Source: Eledone cirrhosa (lineage: Eukaryota). From it: a DNA stretch of 64,000 nt. The DNA is taken from the NCBI GenBank assembly GCA_964016885.1, contig OZ024766.1:11718001-11782000 (forward strand), given 5' to 3'. Below the pieces are notes generated by a model. It had not been told where the DNA came from. It did not search any database and saw nothing but the letters and a program-made list of their open reading frames with translations. A program made the translations under genes and the position numbers. Within the stretch, counting starts at the first letter, position 1. The number at the start of each line of letters is the position of its first letter. Below, one piece after another: positions 13,883-27,668 of this stretch.

Positions 13883-15305
13883 TATATAGCAAAGAATCGT
13901 TGCTTTCACTCTTAACGGGATCTTCTGAAAGTCAGTTCTTATATATGGTTCTTATATATTTGATATATATTTATCCTTATCGAGCCCTCTTTGGATTTTA
14001 GTCTTCAAATTTATTATTATTATTATATATATATATATAGAAATGTAGAAATGAGATGATAGGGACTGGGGTCCCTATCATTCCACTGCAAAGTGGTCGT
14101 GGAGGTGCCACGGCAAAAACCACCCAGCACTCACTGTAAATGAGGTTGGTGTTAGGAAGGGCATCCAGCTGTAGAAATCAAGCCAGAATCAGTTCCCGTC
14201 CCACCCTTGCAAGCAGGGAAAAGTGGACGTAAAATGATGATGATGATGATATATATATTAGAAAGTGAACAACACAAAATATAACTACTCCATTACCAAA
14301 GGTTTCTGGATAACAGACGATAATAATATATGTCTGGATAGGTCATCAGACAGAGATGTTATAGATAAAAGATATGAAATGAGATTTAAAATCGGTTAAA
14401 AATTGGAAGTGAGGCTGGAAAATTTTGAACCTATTTTAAATCTCATTTCATATCTTTTATATATAACATCTCTGTCTGATGACCTATCCAGACATATATT
14501 ATTATTGTCTGTTATCCAGAAACCTTTGGGAATGGAGTAGTTATATTTTGTGTTGTTTAATTTCTAATTAGATAGCTCTGTTCTATACATAGAGCACTCT
14601 TTTTTCCTCCTTTGCTTTTTCTTCGGAATTACCTAACATATATTACCTCTCAAAGGCGATGACACACGACCGTGACCTCTGGCGTCACGCAGTAATACAG
14701 ACTACCCGACCTCCCATGGGTACAAGCTGAAGCATATAGACAATATGCCCCCACACCCCCCACTGCAAGGTGGTCGTGGAGGTGCCACGACAAAAAAGCG
14801 CCCAGCCCACACTGTAAAGTGGACGTGTAGGTGCCCCGGAAAAAAAAGCACCCAGCACTCACTGTAAAGTGGACGTGTAGGTGCCACAAAAAAGCACCCA
14901 GCACTCACTGTAAATGAGGTTGGTGTTAGGAAGGGCATCCAGCTGTAGAAATCAAGCCAGAATCAGTTCCTGTATGAGCAAGGCATGGTCAGCCGACCAG
15001 ACACTGCCCACCACAGGACAACCCGTCTAACCCATGCTAGCGTGGAAGAACGGACGTAAAACGGTGATGATGATGATGATGATGATGATATATAAATATA
15101 TATATCCAGGGAGTGTAATGTGGAGTTACTGTAGGTTCACCCGGGTGAGCACTCGATGTTTAGGTTCACTTCGGTGTCGAGGTGTAGAGCTAAACAATGT
15201 GTAGTATAATAAAATAAAACAAGGACGAGTGTTTGCTCCTTCATTATGTTTATTAACCAGCCAATAAACGTTTTGAAGGAGTAACCACTCGTCCTTGTTT
15301 TATTT

Positions 15306-15336
<31 letters not shown>

Positions 15337-15557
15337 ACTATTGCCACAACCACGTATTGCCACAACCACGGCTGGCAAAGAAGTAAGGGTCTGGTAGTAC
15401 GTAAGTAAGCAACACTGTGGCTTAAAACGCGAGGAAGAAGTTGTGGGCACTTACCAACTGTTTGGGGAATTTATTATAAATTAAATTTATAAATTTAGGA
15501 ATTTATAAATTTCCAGTTGGTTGGTTGGTTCCACAACCAGATGATTGTTCATATATT

Positions 15558-15600
15558 GTCAAAGTTCTTTCGTCACACATTCTGTGACCTCTTCAGTGAC
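15558..15600 (-). ncRNA. hammerhead-like motif
   Basis: Minus strand GUCA-CUGAAGA-GGUCACAG AAUG UGUGAC-GAAA-GAAC-UU-UGAC; homologous to 32830-32870. Confidence 0.5.
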
Positions 15601-15752
15601 TGGGGATTCTTTTCTTTGTTTTTGTGCCTCTCCTTTGTTCCGTCCTACGCCATCTTGTTTTTGTGTGTGTTGTCTTTGCTAAACAAATTCAGAAACGAAA
15701 TATATATATTATATTCTATGTTATATATGAAATGTTTGTGTGTATTTTCCAG

Positions 15753-15894
15753 GGCTTTTTCCGACGGAGCCAATCAGGACCTGTCAATTACCAATGTCCG
15801 AGAAACAAAGCTTGTGTTATCGATAGAGTAAACCGAAACAGATGTCAGTATTGCCGACTACAAAAGTGCCTGGTCTTGGGGATGTCGCGGGATG
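15753..15894 (+). CDS. HR3: NR1F nuclear receptor (HR3/ROR) exon: second C4 zinc finger of DNA-binding domain
   Basis: Acceptor ttttccAG at 15751-52 and donor GTaagt at 15895; 142 bp, phase 0/1. Translates [47 protein letters not shown], the HR3/ROR signature. Confidence 0.96.
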
Positions 15895-16620
15895 GTAAGT
15901 ACAGAACAGAGAGGGTCGTGAGTGTGTGTGTGTGTGAGACAGAGGGTCATGTGTGTATGTTGTGGGAGGGTGTGTCTGTGACACAGGGTCGTGTGTATGT
16001 TGTGGAAAGGAAGGTGTGTCTGTGAAGGGTCGTGTGTAAACCGAAACAGATGTCAGTATTGCCGACTACAAAAGTGCCTGGTCTTGGGGATGTCGCGGGA
16101 TGGTAAGTACAGAACAGAGAGGGTCGTGTGTGTGTGTGTGTGTGTGAGACAGAGGGTCATGTGTGTATGTTGTGGGAGGGTGTGTCTGTGACACAGGGTC
16201 GTGTGTATGTTGTGGAAAGGAAGGTGTGTCTGTGAAGGGTCGTGTGTAAACCGAAACAGATGTCAGTATTGCCGACTACAAAAGTGCCTGGTGTTGGGGA
16301 TGTCGCGGGATGGTAAGTACAGAACAGAGAGGGTCGTGTGTGTGTGTGTGTATGAGACAGAGGGTCATGTGTGTATGTTGTGGGAGGGTGTGTCTGTGAC
16401 ACAGGGTCGTGTGTATGTTGTGGAAAGGAAGGTGTGTTTGTGAAGGGTCATGTGTAAACCAAAAAAGATGTCATGTGTTGCTGACTACAAAAGTGCCTGG
16501 TGTTGGGGATGTCGTGGGATGGTAAGTACAGAACAGAGAGGGTCGTGTGTGTGTGTGTGTGTGTGTGAGACAGAGGGTCATGTGTGTATGTTGTGGGAGG
16601 GTGTGTCTGTGAAGAGTCAT
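15828..16620 (+). repeat. ~208-210 bp tandem repeat (4 units) containing the 3' half of the zinc-finger exon and its splice donor
   Basis: GTAAACC...GGGATGGTAAGTACAGAACAGAG recurs at 15828, 16036, 16246 and 16454 (last copy degenerate). Confidence 0.93.
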
Positions 16621-17316
16621 GTATGTGTGAGAGGGTCGTATATGTATGTTGTGGGAAGGTGTGTCTGAAGGGTCGTGTATGTGTAAGAAGGTTGTATATG
16701 TTTGTTGTGGAAAGGTGTGTCTGAGAGGGTTGTGTGTGTGTGTGTTGGGGGAGGGTGTGTCTGTGACGTGTCGTGTATGTGTGAGAGGGTCGTATATGTT
16801 TGTTGTGGGAAGGTGTGTCTGTGAAGGGTCGTATATGTATGTTGTGGGAAGGTGTGTCTGAAGGGTTGTGTATGCGTGAGAGGGTCATATATGTGTGTTG
16901 TGGGAAGGTGTGTCTGTGAAGGGTCCTGTGTTATGGGAGGGTGTGTCTGTGAAGGGTCGTGTATGTGTGAGAGGGTCATATATGTGTGTTGTGGGAAGGT
17001 GTGTATGTGAAGGGTCATGTATGTGTGAGAGGGTTGTGTAAAAACCACCAGAGGTCAGTATTGCCTTCTACAGAAGTGCCATGGGACAGAAGCATACACA
17101 CACACACATATATATATAGGAACGAGTAGGACCCCAATGGCAGAGCTGAAGCCATTTCGACGGCTAATTCTGGACTACTAGTCCAGAATTAGCCGTCGAA
17201 ACAGCTTGAGCTCAGCCGTCGGGGTCCTACTCGTTCCTACCACCCACTCTACTACCCTAAGTATTGAGTACTTTGGTGCGTTATGGTCCACCTGGTTCCT
17301 TACCACATTTCCTTCG

Positions 17317-17348
<32 letters not shown>

Positions 17349-17768
17349 AAATTTGGGACTTGACTCTTTCTTCCTCACTTTTCGTTGCTTCACCATCTTT
17401 GTTTGTTTACACTCTCGTGTCCCCTTTATTTACGTGTCCCAACGACTTTTGTTTAGCCGTTGCTCGCACCAACCGGAGGTATATGGTCTTTAAAGCGATG
17501 AAATACCAATGAAGGTTGGAAGATCACTGATGAAGGACTAACTTTATTCATATATATATATATATATACACACACATATATATTACATATATATATATAT
17601 ATATATCAATTGAGTTTCGATAAATCGGACCGAGGAAACAATGTTTCCATTGGTCTTACCAGTTGCTAATACTATCTATCGGTCACAACTCCAGGTAGAA
17701 GGAGCAACGTGAAGTAAAGTGTCTTGCTCAAGGACATAACACATCACCTTGTCAGCCACACACCTCCA

Positions 17769-17808
<40 letters not shown>

Positions 17809-17986
17809 TAATATAAACATACACACACATACATACATCTATACATATTTCACACTTTCACACAGCTGTTGTATATATCACACACACTCATACATACATA
17901 CACACATGTATATACATACACACACACACATATATATATATATATGTATGTATATATATATATGTGTGTGTATATATGTATATATA

Positions 17987-18021
<35 letters not shown>

Positions 18022-18029
<8 letters not shown>

Positions 18030-18466
18030 AGATCAAAAGATGGTTAAAGGAGTTCCATGTATTTTACTATGCGCATTTCAAAAACAAACATCATCATGCA
18101 ATAATATTTGTGTTTTCATCAGATAAAACAGGAGGACATGATATGAAGGCTAAAAAACACTTGTGGATAGTGCAGTTTTAAATCAACAGTTTTAAATCAA
18201 CATACCTGATATGTTGATTTAAAACTGCACTATCCACAAGTGTTTTTTAGCCTTCATATCATGTCCTCCTGTTTTATCTGATGAAAACACAAATATTATT
18301 GCATGATGATGTTTGTTTTTGAAATGCGCATAGTAAAATACATGGAACTCCTTTAACCATCTTTTGATCTTATATATTATGTATACTCCAGTCCTACAAA
18401 CTGTGGAGTGCTTCTTATCCGATATCTGCATTGCTTTATTGTACTACAATAAAACTCACCTCCTAC

Positions 18467-18467
<1 letters not shown>
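18022..18467. mobile_element. fold-back Penelope-like fragment with a hammerhead in each arm
   Basis: ~165 bp perfect inverted arms (18028-18190 / 18210-18372); hammerhead motif at 18061-18129 (-) and 18271-18339 (+). Confidence 0.8.
18271..18339 (+). ncRNA. minimal type I hammerhead ribozyme motif
   Basis: GUUUUAU-CUGAUGA-AAACACAAAUAUUAU..GAUGAUGUUUGUUUUU-GAAA-UGCGCA-UA-GUAAAAU. Confidence 0.7.
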
Positions 18468-18529
<62 letters not shown>

Positions 18530-18535
18530 ACATAT

Positions 18536-18576
<41 letters not shown>

Positions 18577-18641
18577 CATATGTATATATATATACATACA
18601 TATATATACCTATGTATATATACATACATAATATATACATA

Positions 18642-18673
<32 letters not shown>

Positions 18674-19036
18674 CATATACATATATATATATATATATAC
18701 ATATGTATGTGTATATAATGTGACTTTTACAGCTCTGTACATGCCAAATACTTCTGACATTTACACACTGTTGTCCTGCACCCCCCCCCCCCCCCCCCCA
18801 CACACACACCTCCATCATACAATGACATCCACATCCACCCACACACACACCCACCCACACACACACACACACTTTTTAACCAACCACCATCCTCACCACA
18901 TAACCCGTCTCCCCCAACAAACACTACTTCCCCCATCATATACACACATGTGTATATGTATGTATATATATATGTGTATGTATATATATATATATATATA
19001 TATGTGTATGTATATATATATATGTGTGTGTGTATG

Positions 19037-19068
<32 letters not shown>

Positions 19069-19240
19069 TATGTGTATGTATATATATATATGTGTGTGTG
19101 TATGTATATATATGTGTGTATGTATATATGTGTATGTATGCATATATATATATATATGTATATATGTGTATGTATGTATGTATATATGTGTATATATATA
19201 TATATATGTATGTATATATATATATGTATGTAAGTATATG

Positions 19241-19271
<31 letters not shown>

Positions 19272-19322
19272 ATGTATATATATATATGCATGTATATATA
19301 TATGTATGTATGTATGTATATG

Positions 19323-19425
<103 letters not shown>

Positions 19426-19473
19426 ATATGTATATATATATATATGTATGTATATATGTATATATATATATAT

Positions 19474-20051
19474 GTCAGGTTGGTGCTACTGGTAACATGT
19501 ATCCCAGTACAACCTGTCTCATGGTCGGGTCGTTGGCGACTAAACTGGCAACCCCACCAAGGTTTCTTGGTGAGGAGGGTGACTTTGGACAAACCTGTCA
19601 AAGGGCAAAGGAGCTCTTAAGAGTCAATGGCCATCCAAAATCACCGGGAGAGATGACCCCTTAGCCTTTGTCAAGGCAGAATTCTAGGAGAAGGAAAACT
19701 CTGATATAACACCTGCAACCCTGATGGTATCCAATGATGTTGACTTGTTCTTCTTTTTGGTAAATATCATCTTGGTTAAGAGAGTGGGACTGGCTTTGTG
19801 CAGTGCCTTTGCTCACTATAAAAGCTTCACGGCACAGGCATTGCTTTATATCTGGAGATCTCTCTGCACTTGTCATCAGATGGTACCATGGGCCCAGCAC
19901 TATGTGTCAATAATTGTCACAAGTGTAGTGTTTGTACCAGTTTTCAAGTCGCTGGCTGGACTAAAGGTCACACTCGTTCAGCGCATCGGTAGGGGTTCTC
20001 CTACATGGTTATAAAGTAGTGGCCGTACTCGAAAACGAGTTGGCAGCCACC
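19474..20051 (+). mobile_element. ~580-600 bp interspersed element, RTE 5'-UTR-like; copies at 41547-41958 and 54690-55297
   Basis: Three near-identical copies share the right end ...GTTGGCAGCCACC; contain CTAGGAGAAGGAAAACTCTG and GGCGACTAAA motifs recalled from RTE 5' UTRs. Confidence 0.65.
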
Positions 20052-20054
20052 GTG

Positions 20055-20085
<31 letters not shown>

Positions 20086-20204
20086 TTATATGTATGTATC
20101 TATCTATGTATGTATGTGTATGTATATATATATATATATGTATGTATGTATGTATATGTATGTATGTATGTATATGTATGTATGTATGTATATTTTCATA
20201 TATA

Positions 20205-20235
<31 letters not shown>

Positions 20236-20571
20236 GAATGACATTTATTTGTTCATTGTGTCTCTACATATATTACTATTTTATGTGAGTATACACAGAC
20301 ATGCTCATACTCATACATATATAAGCGCCTGTATATATATATATATATATATACTCTCCAATACTTGCCAAAGTGCTGCTCCAGCATGGCCACAGTCTAA
20401 TAACTGAAGCCATTATGATAAAAAAAAATATATATGATAGCGTGTGGCTTAGTGGTAAGGGTGTTGGACTTGCGATCATAATTTTGTGGGTCCAATTCCT
20501 TGAGCAAAACACTTCATTTCACGTTGCTCCAGTATACTCAGCTGAAAATGAGTACCAGCAATAGCTGGGGG

Positions 20572-21633
20572 TTTAACCCTGTGATGGACTAGTGTCCTGT
20601 CCAGGGGGATGTCTTGTACTCTCAGTCACTTAACACCAATGAAACTAAGACAGACTTTAACTCTGTGATGGACTGGTGTCCTGTCCAGGGAGAAGTCTTG
20701 TACTCTCAGTCACTTAACACCAATGAAACTAAGACTTTAATCCTGTGATGGACTGGTGTCCAGTCCAGGGGGAAGTCTTGTACTCTCAGTCACTTAACAC
20801 CAATGAAACTAAGACAGACTTTAACCCTGTGATGGACTGGTGTCCTGTCCAGGGGGAAGTCTTGTACTCTCAGTCACTTAACACCAATGAAATTAAGACA
20901 GACTTTAACCCTGTGATGGACTGGTGTCCTGTCCAGAGGGAAGTCTTGTACTCTCAGTCACTTAACTCCAGTGAAACTAAGACAGACTTTAACCCTGTGA
21001 TGGACTGGTGTCCTGTCCAGGGAGAAGTCTTGTACTCTCAGTCACTTAACACCAATGAAACTAAGACTTTAATCCTGTGATGGACTGGTGTCCTGTCCAG
21101 GGGGAAGTCTTGTACTCTCAGTCACTTAACACCAATGAAACTAAGACAGACTATAATCCTGTGATGAACTGGTGTCCTGTCCAGAGGGAAGTCTTGTACT
21201 CTCAGTCACTTAACACCAATGAAACTAAGACAGACTTTAACCCTGTGATGGACTGGTGTCCTGTCCAGGGGGAAGTCTTGTACTCTCAGTCACTTAACAC
21301 CAATGAAACTAAGACTTTAACCCTGTGATGGACTGGTGTCCTGTCCAGGGTGAAGTCATGTACTCTCTGTCACTTAACATCAATGAAACTAAGACAGACT
21401 TTAACCCTGTGATGGACTGGTGTCCTGTCCAGGGGAAGTCTTGTACCCTCAGTCACTTAACACCAATGAAACTAAGACATACTTTAACCCTGTGATGGAC
21501 TGGTGTCCTGTCCAGAGGGAAGTCTTGTACTCTCAGTTACTTAACACCAATGAAACAAAGACAGACTTTAACCCTGTGATGGACTGGTGTCCTGTCCAGG
21601 GCGAAGTCGTATACTCTCAGTCACTTAATACCA
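20572..21633 (+). repeat. 80-84 bp minisatellite (~13 units) from the V-domain-like 3' part of a SINE
   Basis: Unit AACCCTGTGATGGACTGGTGTCCTGTCCAGGG... follows a tRNA/CORE head at 20441-20570. Confidence 0.88.
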
Positions 21634-22421
21634 ATGTACCAGTAATGCACTGGGATAATTGTTGGCCTCGTGCCACAAGTAGATGGAATTATTTGGCAGT
21701 ATTTGTAGAGCATCAGACGCCGTACTTTGTGGCATAAAGTTATGGCCCTTTAAGTTCTGATTTAAAATCATGCTGGGGTTAGCTTTGCTTTTCATCCTTA
21801 CAGGGTCGATAAAATAAAGTACCAGTAATGCACTGGGATAATTGCCGGCCTTGTGCCAAAAGTAGAAACAATTACTTGGCAATGTTGGTAGAGCACCAGA
21901 CACTATGCTTTGCGGCACAAAGTTACGGCCCTTTACGTTCTGAGTTCAATTCTCGCCGAGGTTAACTTTGCCTTTCATCCTTTTTGTCTATAAAATAAAT
22001 TACCAGTAATGTACTGGGGTCGATATGATCGACTTTCCCCTCCCCCAAATTACTGGCCTATGTGGTGGTGAGGTGGTGGTGGGTTATGTGAGGTGGTGGT
22101 GGTGGTGGTGGGTTATGTGTTGGTGTGGTGTTGGTGGTGGTGGTGGGGTTATATGTGTGACTGTGTATGATGGTGGTGGTGGGTGTATGTGACTGTATTT
22201 GTGTGTGTGTGTGTGGGTGTGTGTGTTGGTCGTGGTATGTGTGTATGTATGTTAAACACGTATCTGTGTGTGTGTGTATATTGAACATGTACAGCTGTGT
22301 GTGTGTGTGTGTGTCTGTGTGTGTGTGTGTGTGTGTCAGGGAGTGGGGCTTGTGGATATTACAGCAGGTTGAGGGTCAAATTGCTGACGTAATTACATTA
22401 CACACATACATATACATGCAC

Positions 22422-22468
<47 letters not shown>

Positions 22469-22676
22469 CATAAATGAAATATTTCCGTAGGAAGGGTAAA
22501 GGAAAAGAGAGTGCTCTGTGTAGGCTACAGAGCTATATAGTTATGTAATAAACAACATAAGATAATTAATTCATTTACCAGTGGTTTCTTGAGGACAGAC
22601 AAATATCTGTCTTCAGGACACCACTGCTAAATGAATTAATTATCTTATGTTGTTGTTTATTACATAACTATATATC

Positions 22677-22811
<135 letters not shown>

Positions 22812-22832
22812 GTATATATATATATGTATATG

Positions 22833-22888
<56 letters not shown>

Positions 22889-22890
22889 TG

Positions 22891-23038
<148 letters not shown>

Positions 23039-23063
23039 TTTCGGCCAGTATATTATATACATA

Positions 23064-23117
<54 letters not shown>

Positions 23118-23479
23118 ATATACTCTGTAAAAGAGTAAAAGAGTATATATATATATATTATATTATATATATCATCATCATCGTACACTAACACATGCAT
23201 AGAAACACACACACACACACACACACACATACACACACATGTATGCCACCACATACAACACCAAATAAGGTAAGTAATTTGCATATTTGTTTGTTGAGCT
23301 TATTAAAGATTGAATAATAAATTAAGTTGTAATTTTAAATATATTATTTTTTTTTTTGTGTGTGTGTGTGTATATATATATATGTATATATATATGTATA
23401 TGTGTGTTTACTTATATATTCATAAATGTATATATATATTTATATATATGCATATATATATATATATACATATATATGT

Positions 23480-23560
<81 letters not shown>

Positions 23561-23578
23561 TATATGTTTATATATATA

Positions 23579-23633
<55 letters not shown>

Positions 23634-23677
23634 GTGTGTGTGTGTGTATGTATGTTCATGTGTATATATATATATAT

Positions 23678-23710
<33 letters not shown>

Positions 23711-24158
23711 CAGCGTGTCCTCCAAAAATGTGTATACACATATTTATTAGTATGCTGTTGAAATGTATATATTTTTGGAGGGCACGCTATATATGTATAT
23801 ATATATATATATGTCTACACACATACATACATATACATATATATATTTACATATACACTCACACACACACATATATACACACGTTTATAATGTCCAGTAT
23901 GTGTAACTGCCTTGAGTGTATCTGTAAGCTTTGTGGCTTGATGTAGTACGCCATATATGGTCATGTTTGGCCTGCCCTAAACATCACCTCACCCCACCCC
24001 ACCCCTTTTGCAACCCCTATTTTAATACCCCTTCACATAAAAAAACTGCCAGGTAACATTGCCCACAATCCCCCCACTCAAAAAGATTTTTGTCATCAAA
24101 TTTTTAAGATCTACCTTCCAATTTTCATTGAGGTAATTTTTTACGCAAGAAGGAACTA

Positions 24159-24257
<99 letters not shown>

Positions 24258-24258
24258 T

Positions 24259-24975
24259 TTGTAAAGTGGTCATGGAGGTATGACAAAAAGCACCCAGTCC
24301 ACACTGTAAAGTGGTCATGGAGGTATCATGACAAAAAGCACCCAGTACTCACTGTAAAGTGGTCATGTAGGTGTCATGACAAAAAGCACCCAGTCCACAC
24401 TGTAAAGTGGTCATGTAGGTGTCACAACAAAAAGCACCCAGTCCACACTGTAAAGTGGTTGGGTAGGTGTCATGACAAAAACCACCCAGTCAACTCTGTA
24501 AAGTGGTCATGGAGGTGTCATGTCAAAAAGCACCCAGTCCACACTGTAAAGTGGTCATGGAGGTGTCATGTCAAAAAGCACCCAGTCCACACTGTAAAAT
24601 GGTCATGTAGGTGTCACAACAAAAAGCACCCAGTCCACACTGTAAAGTGGTCATGTAGGTGTCACAACAAAAAGCACCCAGTACACACTGTAAAGTGGTT
24701 GGGTAGGTGTCATGACAAAAAGCACCCAGTCAACTCTGTAAAGTGGTCATGGAGGTGTCACAACAAAAAGCACCCAGTCAACTCTGTAAAGTGGTCATGG
24801 AGGTGTCATGTCAAAAAGCACCCAGTCCACATTGTAAAGTGGTCATGGAGGTGTCACAACAAAAAGCACCCAGTCCAAACTGTAAAGTGGTCATGTGGGT
24901 GTCACAACAAAAAGCACCCAGCACACTGTAAAGTGGTTCGGTGTCATGACAAAAAGTACCCAGCACTCACTGTAA
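24259..24975 (+). repeat. 48-bp minisatellite (~15 units) from RTE/SINE 3' UTR
   Basis: Unit CACTGTAAAGTGGTCATG(G/T)AGGTGTCA...AAAAAGCACCCAGTCCA, continuing into the RTE tail to ~25110. Confidence 0.9.
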
Positions 24976-26753
24976 ATGAGATTGGTGTTAGGAAGGGCCT
25001 CCAGCTGTAGAAACCAAGCAAAAATCAGTTCTGTATGAGCAAGACATGGTCACCTGACCTGGCATTGCCCACAACAGGACAACTCGCCTAACCCATGCTA
25101 GCGTGGAAGAGTGAGAATTTGACACTATATATTTTGAGAACAGTAACTTATCATTGGTATGAGTGGCTGGTTGCAGCTGGTTTGAACAGAAAAAGTGGAG
25201 AGAATTCTGGTTTAAATGTTAGAGGGTAAACCGTTTTTTTCCAAACGTCCTTTTTCCACGAACTTTTTTGAAGCCCGCTCTTTCCTATATATCATCATCA
25301 TCGTTTAATGTCTATCTTCCACGCTAGCATGAGTTAGACGGGAGTTGTCGCACTTGAGGCAAGATTGGTCGGGCGATCGTGTCTCGCTCGATCGTGTCTC
25401 GCTCGTATAGGACTATCTGGCAGGTTTTCTACGGCTGGATGTCCTTCCTAACACCAACCACGTTTACAGTGTGGACTGGGAACTTTTTACTGTGTTACCT
25501 ACACGGCCACATTACAGCGTGGACTGGGTGTTTTTTTGTCGCGACACCTACACAACCTCATTAGTTTGGACTGGATGTTGTGGTACCAACATAGCTTTAC
25601 AGAGAAAGGGGTGGTGTTGGTGGGAGTGGGAGGATGGAGTAGGGGTAGTGGATTGGGGTGTATATTTGGTTGAGAGGTGCCTACTGACTAGGTTTTGCTT
25701 TGTACATAGGCAAGGCGGGTCTTCTGTATTACTGCGTAGCGCCAAAGATCTCGGTCCAGTGACATTATTTTATATATATAAAGATAATAAGAATAAAGTG
25801 ATCTTACATAGGAGATTTAGTGCTCAATCCTGATCCTCAGACCAGTGGTAACACAACAAAAACCACATCAAATCTGTGGTTGAGCCAGCAAAAACACAAA
25901 CAAACATACAGAATGACCAAACACTGGCGTAGAATTCAACAGATACACCCATCCAAAAATCACATCATTCCGCTTTGCACGTTGGAAATGTAGAGGGTAT
26001 GTAAGTTAATAATTCAATTATGTGTCAAAAATGTAGTCTAATCAATGCGAAAAAATAGAATAATTCTAAGTCTTTGATGTATAAAACATCCTTTAGATAA
26101 ATTTAAGCATAATATTGTAAAAGTTTTCAGATCAGTTAATATGAAGATCAAGCTTGAAACGATAAATTATACAATGTCAAATCTATAACTTAACTTAGTA
26201 ATCTGTTTTAGAAATTGCTGATTGTCAAATATACAAAATATTATTTGTTTCTACTTTAGGCACAAGGCCAGCAATAACCCAGTTCATTACTGGTACTTTG
26301 TTAGTCTCTTTGTTTCAAGTAGAAAGAGTAAATTAAAATCCGAATGAGCCGAATTACGAAAGATAACTCTTGTCTTACTTAATCACGAAAATTCACACAA
26401 ATAACTGAAATTTTTTTGATGTCTCCAAAGGCCCCAATATCGAGTTTTGAAAGCCTTTCTAGATCATGTACAGGTTTTGTGCAAGGAGAAGCTCCGTAAA
26501 AAATGTTAAAGAAATCGCATGAATGTTTTAGAATATATGAGCCCTCATTAAAAAATGTCCACACACACATACACACAGACATTTTCAGATTTATATATAT
26601 ATACAGATATACATTTAAAAAAAATATATATTTTCTAAATATTATTTAGTGGATATGGCACATGTCTCTCAGACATGACACCCTTAATTTAATTTTGTAT
26701 ATATATATACCAAGATATTAATAAATGGAAAACTATATTTATAAAACCATATT

Positions 26754-26818
26754 TATTTTATTATATATATTTCAAGGGCGACCAAGACAACTTTGGTGCG
26801 CTTTCATCAGATAAAATA
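26754..26818 (-). ncRNA. minimal type I hammerhead ribozyme motif
   Basis: Minus: UAUUUUAU-CUGAUGA-AAGCGCACCAAAG UUGU CUUGGUCGCCCUU-GAAA-UAUAUA-UA-AUAAAAUA; perfect 8-bp stem I. Confidence 0.7.
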
Positions 26819-26899
26819 AATAAAATATAGATAAAATATAGATAAAATAAATAAAATATTTATGCTTGTCGAAATTCCAACAAATTAAATACAACTTCT

Positions 26900-26935
<36 letters not shown>

Positions 26936-27320
26936 TTAATAAAAAAAAATATTTTCTAAATATTATTTAGTGGATATGGCACATGTCTCTCAGACATGAC
27001 ACCCTTAATTTAATTTTGGAGATATATATATATATATATGCAGAGGTTATATTTAATTTGTTGGGATTCAACAAGCTTAAACATTTTTATAACTGATATA
27101 AAGCACTCAACAGATAAGTGGAGTAAATATACAATATATTAATAAATGGAAACTATATTTATAAAACCATATTTATTTTATTATATATATTCCAAGGGCG
27201 ACCAAGGCAAATTATGGTTAAGGTTGTCTTTTTTTCCGGGTATGTCAATATTTATTTATAACACAAATCTGTATTTTATCTGATGAAAGCGCACCATAAT
27301 TTGCCTTGTTGCCCTTGAAA

Positions 27321-27668
27321 TCATCATCATTATCATCATCATCATCATCATTTCATTTTACGTCCGCTTTTCCCTGCCTGCAAGGGTGGGATGGGAACTG
27401 ATTCTGGCTTGATTTCTACAGCTGGATGCCCTTCCTAACACCAACCTCATTTACAGTGAGTGCTGGGTGCTTTTTTGCCGTGGCACCTCCACGACCACTT
27501 TGCAGTGGACTGGGGTCCCTATCATCTCATTTCTACAGCTGAGTTAACTGGAGCAATGTGAAATAAAGTGTCTTGCTCAAGGAAACAACACATCACCCAG
27601 TCTGAGAATTGAACTCACAACCTTTTGATTGCAAGGCCAATGCTCTAACCACTAAGCCATGTGCCTCC
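27321..27668 (-). mobile_element. tRNA-derived SINE inserted into a hammerhead motif
   Basis: Full minus-strand SINE separating CTGATGA...GAAAT (27280-27321) from AAATATGTATAATAAAATA (27669-27687). Confidence 0.78.

Noticed and set aside
16010-16102. Duplicate reads [16 protein letters not shown], resembling a rebuilt zinc finger or P-box
   Set aside because: Cysteines come from (TG)-rich repeat, spacing is wrong (X5 rather than X9) and there is no credible acceptor.
23262-23295. Strong donor-like AAG|GTAAGT with adjacent octamer ATTTGCAT
   Set aside because: No upstream acceptor or open exon; upstream sequence is microsatellite.
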